A DNA stretch of 64,000 nucleotides, taken from contig DASTCJ010000012.1 of the NCBI GenBank assembly GCA_035605575.1, positions 1,075 through 65,074 on the forward strand, written 5' to 3'. How positions within the stretch are numbered: position 1 is the first letter of the stretch; the number at the start of each line of letters is the position of its first letter. Below the pieces are notes generated by a model, which had not been told where the DNA came from, did no database searches, and saw only the letters and a list, made by a program, of their open reading frames with translations. Origin of the DNA: Candidatus Methylomirabilota bacterium. Lineage in GTDB: Bacteria; Methylomirabilota; Methylomirabilia; Rokubacteriales; CSP1-6. Below, piece after piece: positions 1 through 13,540 of this stretch. The translations under genes and the position numbers were made by a program.

Positions 1-7
1 GCAGTGA

Positions 8-1638
<1,631 letters not shown>

Positions 1639-1639
<1 letters not shown>

Positions 1640-2481
1640 TGCGCACACGCGAGGTGGCGGTGGGCTCGATCCGGATCGGCGCGGGCCGTCCGCTCGTGCT
1701 GATCGGCGGCCCGTGTGCCATCGAAGACGAGACCCATGCGCTGATGACCGCCGAGCGCCTGACGAAGATCGCCGCCGACAAACGGGTGCCGTTCATCTAC
1801 AAGTCGTCCTACGACAAGGCGAATCGCTCGTCGGTGAACAGTTATCGGGGCCCCGGCCTGGTGGAGGGGCTGCGGATCTTGAAGAAGGTACGCGACAGCG
1901 TCGGGGTGCCCGTGCTGTCGGACATCCATCAGGTGTCGGAGATCGATCCCGCCGCCGAGGTCCTCGACGTGCTGCAGATTCCCGCGTTTCTCTGCCGCCA
2001 GACTGACCTGCTGCTCGCCGCCGCGGCGACCGGAAAGCCGGTCAACGTCAAGAAAGGTCAGTTCGTGGCGCCGCGGGACATGAAGAACGTCGTGGACAAG
2101 CTCCTGTCCAAAGGCAACGAAGCCATCTTGCTGACCGAGCGCGGCACATCCTTCGGATATCACAACCTCGTCGTCGACATGCGCGGGCTCGCGGACATGC
2201 GCGAGCTCGGCTATCCCGTCGTGTTCGACGCGACGCACTCGGTCCAGCTGCCGGGGGGCGCCGGCGACCGGTCGGGCGGCGAACGCAAATACGTTCCCGC
2301 GCTCGCGCGCGCCGCCGTCGCCGTCGGCATCGACGCGCTCTTCATGGAGATGCACGAGGACCCCGATCGCACGCTGCGCGACGGGCGGCCGCTGTCCGAC
2401 GGACCGAACATGCTGCGCATCGCCGATCTGCCGCCGCTGCTCGACGAGCTGCTGGCCATCCACGGAGCGCTCCGCTCGTGA
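1639..2481 (+). CDS. kdsA: 2-dehydro-3-deoxyphosphooctonate aldolase (KDO-8-phosphate synthase)
   Basis: 280-aa in-frame segment starting [29 protein letters not shown] with typical KdsA motifs ([23 protein letters not shown]); ATGA overlap with the pyrG stop; the upstream part of six-frame ORF 859..2481 is an artefactual extension. Confidence 0.9.
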
Positions 2482-3458
2482 GCGGCCCGGGCCGCGTCGA
2501 CGTGCGAGCGATCGCCGCCCGCGTGCTGCGCGTGGAGGCCGACGCGATTCTGGGCCTCGTGCCCAAGCTCGATGCCCGCTTCGAACGAGCCGTGGAGCTG
2601 CTGCACGCCTGCGCCGGTCGCGTCATCGTCACCGGCATGGGAAAGTCCGGTATCATCGGACGAAAGATCGCGGCGACGCTGGCGTCGACCGGCACCCCGT
2701 CCTACTTCCTGCATCCAGCCGAGGGCGTGCACGGCGACCTCGGCATGGTCGCGCGCGGCGACATCGTCCTCGCGCTGTCGAACTCGGGCGAAACGGACGA
2801 GGTGCTGGCCATCTTGCCGCCGCTCAAACGACTGGGCGTGCCGATCGTGCTCCTCACGGGCAATCCCGGGTCGACGCTCGCGCGTCAATGCGACGTCGTG
2901 CTCGACGTGAGTGTGAGCGAGGAGGCGTGTCCGATGAACCTCGCGCCGACCTCGTCGACGACGGCCGCGCTCGCCGCCGGGGATGCGCTCGCCATGGCGT
3001 TGCTCGAGCTTCGCGGTCTGCGCCCAGAGGACTACGCGGCACTGCACCCGCGCGGCACGCTCGGCTGGCGGGCGCTCTTCCGCGTGGGCGATCTGATGCA
3101 CACCGGCGACGCGGTCCCGCGGGTCCGAGCCGACGCGACGCTCGAGGACACCATCCTCGAGATGACCAAGAAGCGCTTCGGCATGACGACCGTGATCGAC
3201 GGCGCCGGCCGCCTCAGGGGTGTCGTCACCGATGGTGATCTCCGGCGGCTGCACTTGCGTACCCAGTCGATCGCCGGCGTGCGGGCAGCCGACGTCGCCT
3301 CCGACACGCCGAAGACGATCGGCGCCGACGAGCTCGCCGCCAAAGCGCTCGAAGTGATGGAAGCATGGGCGATCACGAGCCTCATCGTCCCGGACGCCGA
3401 TGGACGGCCGATCGGCGTGATTCACATGCACGACATCCTCCGAGCGAAGATCGTCTAG
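2478..3458 (+). CDS. kdsD: arabinose-5-phosphate isomerase (SIS + tandem CBS domains, KpsF/GutQ family)
   Basis: 326 aa; SIS motif [24 protein letters not shown] and C-terminal CBS pair; 4-nt overlap with kdsA. Confidence 0.9.
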   Translation: MSGPGRVDVRAIAARVLRVEADAILGLVPKLDARFERAVELLHACAGRVIVTGMGKSGIIGRKIAATLASTGTPSYFLHPAEGVHGDLGMVARGDIVLALSNSGETDEVLAILPPLKRLGVPIVLLTGNPGSTLARQCDVVLDVSVSEEACPMNLAPTSSTTAALAAGDALAMALLELRGLRPEDYAALHPRGTLGWRALFRVGDLMHTGDAVPRVRADATLEDTILEMTKKRFGMTTVIDGAGRLRGVVTDGDLRRLHLRTQSIAGVRAADVASDTPKTIGADELAAKALEVMEAWAITSLIVPDADGRPIGVIHMHDILRAKIV

Positions 3459-3525
3459 CGTCGTCGAGCCTTCGTATTTCGTCTCGCTGGAGAGTGTTTG
3501 TGATAGGCTGGTATCGAAATTGCAC

Positions 3526-4077
3526 ATGCCCAACCTCGCACGCGGCATTCTCGTAATCGTTGTCGCGTTCGTCCTGCTCCTGACGGGGACGCTGATCTTC
3601 AGGAGCCGGTCGGCCACGATCGAGCCTATCGGTCCGTCACCGTCCAGCGCGGATCTCCGGATCAAGGAAGTGGACCTCGAAGAGGAGACGAAGGGCGTCC
3701 GGTGGCGCCTCCGGGCCGAGCAGGCGCTCATGTTCGAGCAACAGGGACGGACGTCGCTGCGCCGGCTGGTCGTGCGCGTATTTCAGAAGGACGGTTCGTG
3801 GACCGCCGTGGGGGACGAGGGCGACATCGATCAGAACACCAAGAATGTCGAGATCCGCGGCAACGTGGTGATCACCTCCGACGACGGTCTTCGGCTGGAC
3901 ACGAGCGTAATCCGCTGGGACGCTGAAGGAGGGCGGTTGTGGACGGATGCGCCGGTCACCTTCCAGCGCGACGGCTCGGTCGTCCGCGGCACCGGCATGG
4001 AGATGAAGACGGCAGACGAGGCAACCACCGTGACCGGGCGCGTCCGCGCCGTGTTCGCGCAGCGGTCCGCTCGGTGA
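3526..4077 (+). CDS. lptC: LPS export system protein LptC
   Basis: single N-terminal TM helix followed by a periplasmic beta-jellyroll-like region; conserved position between kdsD and lptA; ATG at 3526 (the ORF track begins at TTG 3520). Confidence 0.7.
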   Translation: MPNLARGILVIVVAFVLLLTGTLIFRSRSATIEPIGPSPSSADLRIKEVDLEEETKGVRWRLRAEQALMFEQQGRTSLRRLVVRVFQKDGSWTAVGDEGDIDQNTKNVEIRGNVVITSDDGLRLDTSVIRWDAEGGRLWTDAPVTFQRDGSVVRGTGMEMKTADEATTVTGRVRAVFAQRSAR

Positions 4078-4088
4078 GCGTCCGCGTC

Positions 4089-4697
4089 ATGGCCGTTTTG
4101 AGCCTGGCCGCGCTCGCCGTCGCCCCGGCGCTCGCCGACGCGGGGTCGTCTGCGACCCCGGCTGGGCCGGTGGCGCCGAGGACTTCCGGTGAGGAGCGCA
4201 CGCAAAAGGACCGTGCCTCGCGGAGCAACGAAAAGGACGACCGCACGCAGCCTGTGACCGTCGACGCCGACAAGATGGAGCGGTTTGGCAAGGAAGGCCT
4301 GGTCGTCTTCACCGGCAACGTCGTCGCACGGCAGAACAACTCCGTGCAATACGCCGAGCGCATGGAAGTCTACCTGGACGAGGCCGGCGACAAGATCGTG
4401 CGAACCGTCTCCACCGGCTCGGTGCGAATCATTACCCGTGACTGCCGGACGGGGACCGCACAGCGCGCGGAATACCACGACCTCGAGCAACGCGTGGTGC
4501 TGATGGGCAACGCACGCGTCTGGCAGGAAGACAACGTCGTCAGCGGCGATACGATCACGATCTTCCTCTCGCAGGATCGCTCGGTGGTGCAGGGCGGCAA
4601 GGACGAGCGCGTCAAGGCCGTCTTCTATCCCAAGGACGAGAAGTCCAACACCGCGGCCCGGCCGAGCCAGTCGGCGCCGGGGACGTGCAGCAACTGA
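4089..4697 (+). CDS. lptA: LPS transport periplasmic protein LptA (OstA-like)
   Basis: signal peptide MAVLSLAALAVAPALADA followed by an OstA-like fold (FTGNVVARQNNSV...GNARVWQEDNVVSGDTITIF); sits immediately upstream of lptB. Confidence 0.8.
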   Translation: MAVLSLAALAVAPALADAGSSATPAGPVAPRTSGEERTQKDRASRSNEKDDRTQPVTVDADKMERFGKEGLVVFTGNVVARQNNSVQYAERMEVYLDEAGDKIVRTVSTGSVRIITRDCRTGTAQRAEYHDLEQRVVLMGNARVWQEDNVVSGDTITIFLSQDRSVVQGGKDERVKAVFYPKDEKSNTAARPSQSAPGTCSN

Positions 4698-4700
4698 GCG

Positions 4701-5423
4701 ATGGAAGGCCTCGTGGCGCAGGGGCTCCAGAAATGGTTCAAGACCCGCAAGGTCGTCGACAACGTGTCGCTCGATATCCAGCGCGGTGAGGTGGTCGGCT
4801 TGCTGGGTCCCAACGGCGCGGGCAAGACCACATCCTTTTATATGATGGTTGGCCTGCTGCCCACCGAAGGCGGCCGGATTTTCCTGGAAGGCCAGGAGAT
4901 CACGGCCCTACCGATGTACCAGCGCTGCCGCATGGGTGTCGGCTACCTGCCTCAGGAGTCCTCGGTGTTCCGGAAGCTCACCGTCGAGGAAAATCTCTTA
5001 GCGATCCTGGAGACGCTCGATCTGCCGAGCGAGGAGCGTCGTCAGCGGGCGCGTGAGCTGCTGGCCGAGCTGGACCTGACAGGCCTGGCGCCGTATCCGG
5101 CCTACACGCTGTCGGGCGGCGAGCGTCGCCGGCTCGAGATCACGCGGGCGCTCGTCACCTCGCCGCAGTACCTGCTGCTGGACGAGCCGTTCACCGGCAT
5201 CGATCCGATCGCCATCGGCGACATCCAGGAGATCGTCGGCCGGCTGAAGGAGCGCGGCATCGGCATTCTGATCACCGACCACAACGTGCGCGAAACGCTC
5301 GCGATCACCGATCGCGCCTACATCCTCTACGATGGCAGGATCCTCGTGTCCGGCACGGCCAGCGAGATCGCCAATAATCCGATAGCCCGAGAGATCTACC
5401 TCGGCGAGAAGTTCGCGCTGTAG
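4701..5423 (+). CDS. lptB: LPS export ABC transporter ATP-binding protein LptB
   Basis: Walker A GPNGAGKTT, ABC signature LSGGERRRLEI and Walker B LLLDEPF; 240 aa. Confidence 0.95.
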   Translation: MEGLVAQGLQKWFKTRKVVDNVSLDIQRGEVVGLLGPNGAGKTTSFYMMVGLLPTEGGRIFLEGQEITALPMYQRCRMGVGYLPQESSVFRKLTVEENLLAILETLDLPSEERRQRARELLAELDLTGLAPYPAYTLSGGERRRLEITRALVTSPQYLLLDEPFTGIDPIAIGDIQEIVGRLKERGIGILITDHNVRETLAITDRAYILYDGRILVSGTASEIANNPIAREIYLGEKFAL

Positions 5424-5446
5424 GTCCGAGGGCCCGAGAACCGCCT

Positions 5447-6907
5447 ATGGCAATGGAAGCCCGACTCTCCCTCCGACAGAGCCAGCGGGTTGTCATGACG
5501 CCGCTGCTGCAGCAGGCCATTCAGCTGTTGCAGCTCAGCACGCTCGAGCTGCAGGAAGTGGTGCAGAAGGAGCTGCTCGAGAACCCGCTGCTCGAAGAAG
5601 TTCAGCCCGAGACGACCGATGCGCCCGACGGGCAAGCCGCGCCGGACGTTCCGACAGCGCCTCCCGCGGAGCCGCTCAGCAGCGAGGCGGCGCCGACACC
5701 GACCACCGAGCGCCAGACCGACGACCTGCCGTTCGATCTCACGGCGGTGATGTTCGACGATCACGAGGAGCGCTCGCTCGTGGCGCAAGAGGACCGCGAG
5801 GACCTGCCATTCGAGAACATGGTCCGCTCGGTCAACTCGCTGACCGATCATCTCGACGAGCAGCTGCGCTATGCCACCGACGATCCGCTCGTGCGGCGCA
5901 TCGGTGAGGAGATCATCGGCAATCTCGACGAGGACGGCTACTTGCGCGCCGAGGTCGACGAGATCGCGCAGCGATGCCAGACGACGGCCGAGGAGGTCCA
6001 GAAGGTCCTCACGATGGTGCAGGCCTTCGACCCCCCCGGCGTGGCCGCACGTAACATCCAGGAGTGCCTGCTGATCCAGCTCAAGACCGATCCCAATCCC
6101 GATCCCGTGTCGGTGGAGATCGTCGAGGAGCACTTCGAGGACCTGACACGTCGCCGCTATCCCGACATCGCCCGCGCGCTCAAGCTGCCCCTCGATCGCA
6201 TCATGGAATCGGTCGAGGAGATCATGGGCCTCGAGCCCAAGCCGGGCCGGCGCTTCGGCGGCAACGACTCGCGCTACATCGTGCCCGACGTTGTCGTGCA
6301 CAAGATGGGCACCGAGTATGTCGTCGTGCTCAACGAGGACGGCATCCCGCGGCTCCGCGTGAACTCCCTGTACCGGTCCCTGCTGCGCTCGTCGTCGGAT
6401 GGTGAGGCGCGGCAGTACGTCGACCAGAAGCTGCGCTCGGCGCTCTGGCTCATCAAATCCGTCGACCAGCGGCAGCGCACGCTCCGCAAGGTGACGCAGT
6501 CGATCGTCAAGTTCCAGCGCGAGTTCCTCGACAAGGGCCTGCCATACCTCAGACCGCTGTCGCTGCGCGACGTCGGCGAGGACATCGGCATGCACGAGTC
6601 GACCATCAGCCGCGTGACGACGAACAAGTACGTCGAGACGCCGCAGGGCCTCTTCGAGCTCAAGTACTTCTTCCACAGCGGCATCGCCTCCGGCGACGGC
6701 GAGATGGTGTCGTCGGTGAGCGTCAAGAAGATGATCCAGGATCTGCTGGCCAACGAAGACCCTTCCAAGCCGCTGTCCGACCAAGAGGTGGCTCTCATCC
6801 TCAAGGGGCGTGGGCTCACCATCGCCCGGCGCACGGTGGCGAAGTATCGCGAGGAGCTCGGCATCCTGCCCTCGCACCAGAGGAGACTCGCGCCACGGCG
6901 CCGATGA
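5447..6907 (+). CDS. rpoN: RNA polymerase sigma-54 factor
   Basis: N-terminal Gln/Leu-rich region I (LLQQAIQLLQLSTLELQ) and a C-terminal RpoN box region (ARRTVAKYRE); 486 aa. Confidence 0.95.
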   Translation: MAMEARLSLRQSQRVVMTPLLQQAIQLLQLSTLELQEVVQKELLENPLLEEVQPETTDAPDGQAAPDVPTAPPAEPLSSEAAPTPTTERQTDDLPFDLTAVMFDDHEERSLVAQEDREDLPFENMVRSVNSLTDHLDEQLRYATDDPLVRRIGEEIIGNLDEDGYLRAEVDEIAQRCQTTAEEVQKVLTMVQAFDPPGVAARNIQECLLIQLKTDPNPDPVSVEIVEEHFEDLTRRRYPDIARALKLPLDRIMESVEEIMGLEPKPGRRFGGNDSRYIVPDVVVHKMGTEYVVVLNEDGIPRLRVNSLYRSLLRSSSDGEARQYVDQKLRSALWLIKSVDQRQRTLRKVTQSIVKFQREFLDKGLPYLRPLSLRDVGEDIGMHESTISRVTTNKYVETPQGLFELKYFFHSGIASGDGEMVSSVSVKKMIQDLLANEDPSKPLSDQEVALILKGRGLTIARRTVAKYREELGILPSHQRRLAPRRR

Positions 6908-7770
6908 CGCCAATCTCCTTCGTGGTCATCACCGGCCTCAGCGGCGCCGGCAAGAGCTACGCGATCAAGTGCTTCGAGGACATGGGGTTCTTCTGCGTTG
7001 ACAACCTGCCCACCACGCTCATCCCGACCTTCGCCGACCTCGTCGCCCGCGCCGACACCAAGCGGAGACGGGTCGCCCTCGGTGTCGACGTGCGCGAAGG
7101 GGAGTACCTCTCGCATTTCCTGGAGGCGCTCGCCGAGCTGCGATCACGGGGCCACAGCGTCGAGGTCCTGTTCCTCGAGGCGGGCGAGGAGGCGCTGGTG
7201 CGCCGCTATCGTGAGACGCGCCGGCGGCATCCGCTCGCACCCGACGGCAACGTCCTCGACGGTATCCGTGCGGAGCGCAAGGCTCTCTCCACGGTGCGCG
7301 AGGTCGCCGATCGCATCGTCGACACCTCGGCGCTCACCGTGCATCAGCTGAAGGACTTCCTGGTCGACGCCTACGTGGCGCCAAAGGCGCGTCCTGGCCT
7401 CGCCGTCTCGCTGGTGTCGTTCGGCTTCAAGCACGGCGCGCCCATCGACGCCGACCTCGTGTTCGACGTCCGCTTCCTGCCGAACCCGCATTTCGTCGAA
7501 GGCCTGCGCCCGCTCGACGGCCGCGACGCGCGTGTGCGGGAGTTCGTGATGGAGCATGCGGAGAGCCGTGAGCTGCTGCGGCGGATCGCGGACTTTCTCG
7601 GCTTCGTGCTCCCGGCGTACCAGCGCGAGGGCAAGGCCTATCTGACCATCGCCATCGGCTGCACCGGCGGTCGCCATCGTTCCGTCGCGCTCGTGGAGGA
7701 GCTGCGCTCGCACATCGACGCGCTCGGTCTGGCGCCGACGCTGGTGCACCGAGATATCGACCGCGAATAA
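6904..7770 (+). CDS. rapZ: RNase adapter protein RapZ (YhbJ, P-loop NTPase)
   Basis: MTPISFVVITGLSGAGKSYA P-loop; 288 aa; 4-nt overlap with rpoN and the usual position downstream of rpoN. Confidence 0.9.
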   Translation: MTPISFVVITGLSGAGKSYAIKCFEDMGFFCVDNLPTTLIPTFADLVARADTKRRRVALGVDVREGEYLSHFLEALAELRSRGHSVEVLFLEAGEEALVRRYRETRRRHPLAPDGNVLDGIRAERKALSTVREVADRIVDTSALTVHQLKDFLVDAYVAPKARPGLAVSLVSFGFKHGAPIDADLVFDVRFLPNPHFVEGLRPLDGRDARVREFVMEHAESRELLRRIADFLGFVLPAYQREGKAYLTIAIGCTGGRHRSVALVEELRSHIDALGLAPTLVHRDIDRE

Positions 7771-7777
7771 GTCGTCC

Positions 7778-9826
7778 GTGATGTCGGACCGCTTGCTCTT
7801 CTGCTTCGGCGTCCACAATCACCAGCCGATCGGCAACTTCGACTCGGTGGTGGCGGAAGCGACCGAGCGCGCGTACCGCCCGTTCTTCGAGCTCCTTCGC
7901 CGGCGCCCGGAGGTGCGGCTGAGCGTCCACTGCACGGGCAACCTCTTCGTGTGGCTCCGCGAGCAAGCGGGCAAGACGTTCGACCTGCTGGGCGAGGCCG
8001 TGGCCGCCGGCCAGGTGGAGCTCCTGACGGGAGGATTCTACGAGCCCATCCTCGCCATCCTGCCCGATGCGGACAAGCACGGGCAGATCCAACGCCTCAC
8101 CGAATACCTGGCACGCGAGTTCGGCGTGCGCGCCCGCGGCATGTGGCTGGCCGAGCGCGTCTGGGAGCCGCACCTGCCCAAGGCGCTGCGCGAGGCCGGC
8201 GTCGAATACGTGCTCGTCGACGACAGCCACTTCGCGCTGGCGGGACGTGACCCCGAGACGCTCGGCGGCTATTACGTCACCGAGGAGCAAGGCCACACGC
8301 TGGCCGTGTTCCCGATCAGCCAGCGGTTGCGCTATGTGATCCCGTTCGCCGAGGTCGACAAGACGCTCGCGTACCTCGACGCGCGGCGCGCCGGCGTCAC
8401 CGCGCTCACCGTGGTCGATGACGGCGAGAAGTTCGGCGCGTGGCCGGGCACGTATGATCACGTGTATCGCGACGGCTGGCTCGACCGCTTCTTCGACCGG
8501 CTGGCCGCCACGCCATGGGTCAGGATGACGACCTTCGCCGACGTCGTTGATAGCGTGCCGGCCTCGGGCCGCGTGTACCTTCCCACGGCGTCGTACCGCG
8601 AAATGGGTGAGTGGGCGCTGCCGTCGGCGGCGGCGGCCGCGCTGGAGCGCGCGCGTCAGGAGCTCGGCGGCAGCGGCGAGCTGGCGTCGCTGCTGCGCGG
8701 CGGATTCTGGCGTGGCTTCCTCGTGAAGTATCCTGAGGTCGCCGACATGTACTGGAAGATGCTGCGACTGTCGGCGGCCCTCACCGAAGCGCAGCGGCAG
8801 CGGCCTGGCGATGCCACGCTCGCCGCGGCCCGCGAGTCGCTCTGGCGCGGACAGGCCAACGACGCCTACTGGCACGGTGTCTTCGGTGGCTGCTACCTGC
8901 CGCATCTGCGACGCGCGGTGAAGAGCGCGTTGCTCGAAGCCGAGCGCGGTCTCGACACCATCCTCGGCGTGACCCCGGACGGGCGCAGCCTCGATGCCGA
9001 CGGCGACGGCGTCGAGGAAGTCCTCGTCCGCACGCGGGAGCTCGCCGTCACCGTCGCGCCCGCGCGCGGCGGCAGCGTGACGGAGCTCGCGTATCTGCCG
9101 CGCGCGCTCGATCTCGCCGACGTCCTCACACGGCGGGAGGAGGCGTATCACGCGCAACTGGCGGCGCGTCTCGAAGACCACGCGGACGGCGCACGGACCA
9201 TCCACGACCGGCCCGTGCACAAGGAAGCCGGGCTCGCGACCCGGCTGGCCTACGACGGCTTTCGTCGCGCCTCGCTGCTCGACGGCCTGTTCGCCCCGGG
9301 GGACGCGCTCGATGCCCTCGCTCCGTGGTCGGGCGCACAGCTGGTGCTCGCGACCGCGCGGATGTCGCACGCCGTCGAACGCACGCCGGACGGCGCCGAG
9401 GTGCGGCTGACGTCGGCCGCGCTTCCGAGCTTGCTGAAGCGCGTGGTGGTCGATGGCGCCACCGTGCGGGCCGACTACCATCTGGCGGCGACGACGGCGG
9501 CGCGCTGGGTTGTCCAGTGGAACCTCACGCTGACCGGCGGCGAGGCGCCTGGCCGATACCTGACGCTGCCGGACCGCCCCTCGCTCGCCAGCACCGGTCG
9601 AGTCGACGGCCTCGACACGGTGAGCCTCGTCGACGAGTGGTTCGGCGTGCGCGCCCGCCTCGCATGGAGCGCGGGCGCCACGCTCGCGTGGGGCCCGGTC
9701 GAGACGGTCTCCGTCTCGGAGGCGGGCTTCGAACGCATCTATCAGGGGCTCGCGCTCTTGCTGACGTGGCCGCTCGAGGCGCGCCCGAGCCAGCTGTGGA
9801 CCTCGGTGACGGTGAGCAGCGCGTGA
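7778..9826 (+). CDS. glycoside hydrolase family 57 protein (alpha-amylase / 4-alpha-glucanotransferase-like)
   Basis: N-terminal FGVHNHQPIGNF and EPHLP...VDDSHF motifs typical of GH57; 682 aa. Confidence 0.8.
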   Translation: MMSDRLLFCFGVHNHQPIGNFDSVVAEATERAYRPFFELLRRRPEVRLSVHCTGNLFVWLREQAGKTFDLLGEAVAAGQVELLTGGFYEPILAILPDADKHGQIQRLTEYLAREFGVRARGMWLAERVWEPHLPKALREAGVEYVLVDDSHFALAGRDPETLGGYYVTEEQGHTLAVFPISQRLRYVIPFAEVDKTLAYLDARRAGVTALTVVDDGEKFGAWPGTYDHVYRDGWLDRFFDRLAATPWVRMTTFADVVDSVPASGRVYLPTASYREMGEWALPSAAAAALERARQELGGSGELASLLRGGFWRGFLVKYPEVADMYWKMLRLSAALTEAQRQRPGDATLAAARESLWRGQANDAYWHGVFGGCYLPHLRRAVKSALLEAERGLDTILGVTPDGRSLDADGDGVEEVLVRTRELAVTVAPARGGSVTELAYLPRALDLADVLTRREEAYHAQLAARLEDHADGARTIHDRPVHKEAGLATRLAYDGFRRASLLDGLFAPGDALDALAPWSGAQLVLATARMSHAVERTPDGAEVRLTSAALPSLLKRVVVDGATVRADYHLAATTAARWVVQWNLTLTGGEAPGRYLTLPDRPSLASTGRVDGLDTVSLVDEWFGVRARLAWSAGATLAWGPVETVSVSEAGFERIYQGLALLLTWPLEARPSQLWTSVTVSSA

Positions 9827-10881
9827 CGCCCATCGACGACGCGAACGTCCTCGCGCGGCTCGATCCGCACGGCGCCCGCACGATCCTCGCCGACTTTCCC
9901 ACGCAGTGTCGCCGTGCCTGCGCGCTCGTCCGCGAGCCCCCGCTTCGGATCTCGCGCCCGCGCCTGGTCGTCGTCGCCGGGATGGGCGGCTCCGCCGCCG
10001 GCGGCGATTTGCTCGCCGCCTGCGCGGCGGAGACCGTCGACGTGCCGATCGTGGTGCATCGGGGCTACGGCCTGCCCGCCATGGCGGGTCGCCAGTCGCT
10101 GGTCGTCGCGTCGTCGTATTCCGGCGACACGGCGGAGGTCCTCTCCGCCTTCGACGCCGCGGTGACGCGCAATCTCCCGGTGGTGGCCGTCACCGCCGGC
10201 GGCGCGCTCGCCGAGCGCGCGGCGGCCGCCCGGCAACCCCGTGTCGCGCTGCCGTCCGGCCTCATGCCGCGCATGGCGCTCGGCTATCTCTTCTTCCCGG
10301 CGCTGTCGCTGCTCGAGGGATGCGGCATCGCCGTTTCGCCGCCGGACGAGATCGCAGAGGCGCTGTCGACGCTCGACAGCCTCGCCGCCGAGCTCGTGCC
10401 CGAGCGCCTCACTGGCGACAACGAAGCCAAGCGCCTTGCGCTCGCGATCGCGGATCGGCTGCCCGCCGTGTACGGCGGACCGGCCACCGGGTCCGTCGCC
10501 TACCGCTGGAAGACCGACATCGAAGAGAACGCGAAGACGTTCGCGCTGGCCGGCGCGCTGCCGGAGATGCATCACAACGAGATCGAGGCCTGGCAGTCCG
10601 CCGGCGCCAAGGACATGCACGTCGTGCTCCTCCGGGATCGCGGCGAGGCGCCGGAGATCGCGCACCGCTTCGGCGTGCTGCAGGATCTCATCCGGCCGTC
10701 GGCCGGCGGCGTCAGCGAAGTGTGGAGCCGCGGGCAGGGACGACTGGCGCGGCTGCTGACGCTCATCTATCTCGGGCAGTGGACGAGCTATTACCTCGCC
10801 ATCCTGCGCGAGCGGGATCCGTGGAGCGTGCCGGTGCTGGACGAGGTGAAGCGACGGCTTCGGCGGCCCGGCTCTCCTTGA
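9823..10881 (+). CDS. bifunctional phosphoglucose/phosphomannose isomerase (SIS domain, archaeal-type PGI/PMI)
   Basis: GMGGSAAGGD SIS motif; GTG start overlaps the GH57 stop (GTGA); the upstream 166 codons of six-frame ORF 9325..10881 overlap the GH57 gene and are not coding. Confidence 0.75.
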   Translation: MTPIDDANVLARLDPHGARTILADFPTQCRRACALVREPPLRISRPRLVVVAGMGGSAAGGDLLAACAAETVDVPIVVHRGYGLPAMAGRQSLVVASSYSGDTAEVLSAFDAAVTRNLPVVAVTAGGALAERAAAARQPRVALPSGLMPRMALGYLFFPALSLLEGCGIAVSPPDEIAEALSTLDSLAAELVPERLTGDNEAKRLALAIADRLPAVYGGPATGSVAYRWKTDIEENAKTFALAGALPEMHHNEIEAWQSAGAKDMHVVLLRDRGEAPEIAHRFGVLQDLIRPSAGGVSEVWSRGQGRLARLLTLIYLGQWTSYYLAILRERDPWSVPVLDEVKRRLRRPGSP

Positions 10882-10970
10882 GAGCCTTGGAGGGACCATG
10901 CTAGAGTGGCCCGTCCTACATTCGGGCGACATCATGGCCCGACATCACGTCGACGAGCGGAGGGTAGCCG

Positions 10971-13518
<2,548 letters not shown>

Positions 13519-13540
13519 GCGCCGACCGCACGCCTCTCGG

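Noticed and set aside
3509-3523. Sigma-54-like -24/-12 element (TGGTATCGAAATTGCA, GG-N10-GC) just upstream of lptC
   Set aside because: The spacing is correct, but the predicted transcription start (~3534) falls inside the lptC start codon region (ATG 3526) and no alternative start lies downstream. It is most likely a chance match. It would only be meaningful if lptC starts later than annotated.
5396-6913. 505-aa antisense ORF opposite rpoN. Similar long antisense or alternate-frame ORFs: 7427..9481, 9742..10935, 10932..12566, 12067..13611, 14621..16165, 16890..18785, 19874..22807, 27332..30508, 35774..36985, 38285..39751, 46172..47947, 48181..50019, 56037..58229
   Set aside because: Each lies opposite or out of frame with a gene that has strong motif support. 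Their translations are Arg/Ala/Gly/Pro-rich low-complexity strings with no domains. Long stop-free antisense frames are expected at about 70% GC.
9325-9822. Upstream extension of the PGI/PMI ORF
   Set aside because: It overlaps the GH57 gene in another frame and is Arg-rich low complexity. SIS-domain homology begins at the GTG at 9823.
10882-10970. Possible SAM riboswitch in the metK leader
   Set aside because: The leader is only about 90 nt and I could not identify SAM-I or SAM-II conserved cores or a pseudoknot by eye. It needs an Infernal scan. It is not supportable from inspection.
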